Source: Candidatus Gastranaerophilales bacterium
GTDB taxonomy: Bacteria; Cyanobacteriota; Vampirovibrionia; Gastranaerophilales; JAILCC01
Direction of reading: 5' to 3'
DNA: 64,000 bases
NCBI GenBank assembly: GCA_028696075.1
Contig: JAQVHS010000005.1
Location: 6,656 to 70,655, forward strand
Shown: positions 63,327-64,000 of the stretch, piece after piece
How positions within the stretch are numbered: the stretch's first letter is position 1
Layout of the letters: the number at the start of each line of letters is the position of its first letter
Made by a program: the position numbers and the translations under genes
Notes under the pieces: model-generated
What the model saw: only the letters and a program-made list of their open reading frames with translations
What the model was told of the DNA's origin: nothing
Database searches by the model: none

Positions 63327-64000
63327 ATGATAAAGAAGTTTAATTTACATAACCAAATCAAAGTAGTGTATAAAAAAAATCAGTCAACGCCAAGAATTAG
63401 TATTAATTTGTTTTTAAATACCGGAATTATAGATGAGCCTAAGGCCGGGATTGCTTCTTTGGCGTGCAGACTGCTAATGCAGGGTACAAATAAGCGCAGC
63501 TCGCAAAAACTGGCTGATGAGATTGATTTGCACGGGATTGAACTGTCTTGCGACTCTAAGCAGGATTATTTGAAAATTCGGGCTACTTTTTTAAACGAAG
63601 ATATCGAAACAGCGTTAGATTTAATGAACGATATTGTTTTAAATTCAACTTTTGAAGAATTTGAAAAAGAAGTAAATAAGATAAAGGGCGAAATTATTAC
63701 CGATTTAGACTCACCTCGTACAAAAGCGCTTGATAATCTTATAAAAACTCTTTATGAAAATCATCCTTACGGCAACAGCCATACAAGAATTTTGGGAGAA
63801 ATTGATACTATTACAAAAGAAGAGGTAAAAGAATTTTTCTTATCCGAATTATGCGCTGAAAATGTAATAATAAGTGTAGTTGGAGATATTGAAGAAGATA
63901 CAATCAAAGCGTATTTGGAAAAATATTTCGGCGCTATATCTCAAAATCCTGCGGGATACCGTAATCGCAAGACCCCTGTTTTAACAGAATCAAAAACCGT
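63327..64000 (+). CDS. M16 family peptidase-like protein, non-catalytic partner (partial, runs off window)
   Basis: Open frame from the ATG at 63327 to the window end, translated by eye. M16 fold motifs (YENHPYG) but no HxxEH (LACRLLMQGT instead). Confidence 0.8.
   Translation, partial: MIKKFNLHNQIKVVYKKNQSTPRISINLFLNTGIIDEPKAGIASLACRLLMQGTNKRSSQKLADEIDLHGIELSCDSKQDYLKIRATFLNEDIETALDLMNDIVLNSTFEEFEKEVNKIKGEIITDLDSPRTKALDNLIKTLYENHPYGNSHTRILGEIDTITKEEVKEFFLSELCAENVIISVVGDIEEDTIKAYLEKYFGAISQNPAGYRNRKTPVLTESKT

Overview
This is an AT-rich bacterial chromosomal window (roughly one-third GC by eye, not computed). It holds about 60 credible genes, mostly core housekeeping. These are: cca, rsmE, flagellin behind a textbook sigma-28 promoter, a GAF histidine kinase, murT, pth, rpsF-ssb-rpsR, desulfoferrodoxin-ferritin, coaX, yceD-rpmF-plsX-fabH, gatA, argS, comM/yifB, yggS-sepF, murA, lpxD-lpxC-fabZ, an OppF-type ATPase, a GT9 heptosyltransferase, murJ-spoIID-secG, a GH13 enzyme, an M16 peptidase pair, tRNA-Leu(GAG) and tRNA-Arg(CCU). 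SepF together with lipid A genes and flagellin suggests, by inference only, a non-photosynthetic cyanobacterial relative (Melainabacteria/Vampirovibrionia-like). I found no CRISPR array, integrase, transposase, reverse transcriptase or known defence operon.

The unusual content falls into five groups:
1. An unrecognised Zn-ribbon/helical/HNH nuclease family is present in three paralogs (9788-10942, 10986-12053, 58008-59069). Two sit in tandem beside a heavily rearranged tRNA-Leu locus. The third sits in a small phage-like regulatory islet.
2. The tRNA-Leu locus has three tandem copies of promoter plus tRNA 5' fragment, each truncated copy split by a hairpin. A 137-nt inverted-repeat element is inserted in one hairpin loop, with a homolog at 43.8 kb. 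The tRNA 3' end plus a structured downstream module is also duplicated.
3. Several GC-rich structured intergenic islands occur in an AT-rich background. One hairpin motif occurs twice with compensatory stem changes.
4. A 10-kb lineage-specific locus (47.9-57.8 kb) encodes two paralogous membrane proteins, a GH13 enzyme and a mosaic tandem pair of EF-hand coiled-coil proteins.
5. A translationally coupled pair encodes a membrane-anchored PHP phosphoesterase and an NTase-like protein.

I consider group 1 together with group 2 the best candidate for something undescribed. This is inference from sequence reading alone. No database search or folding was possible.
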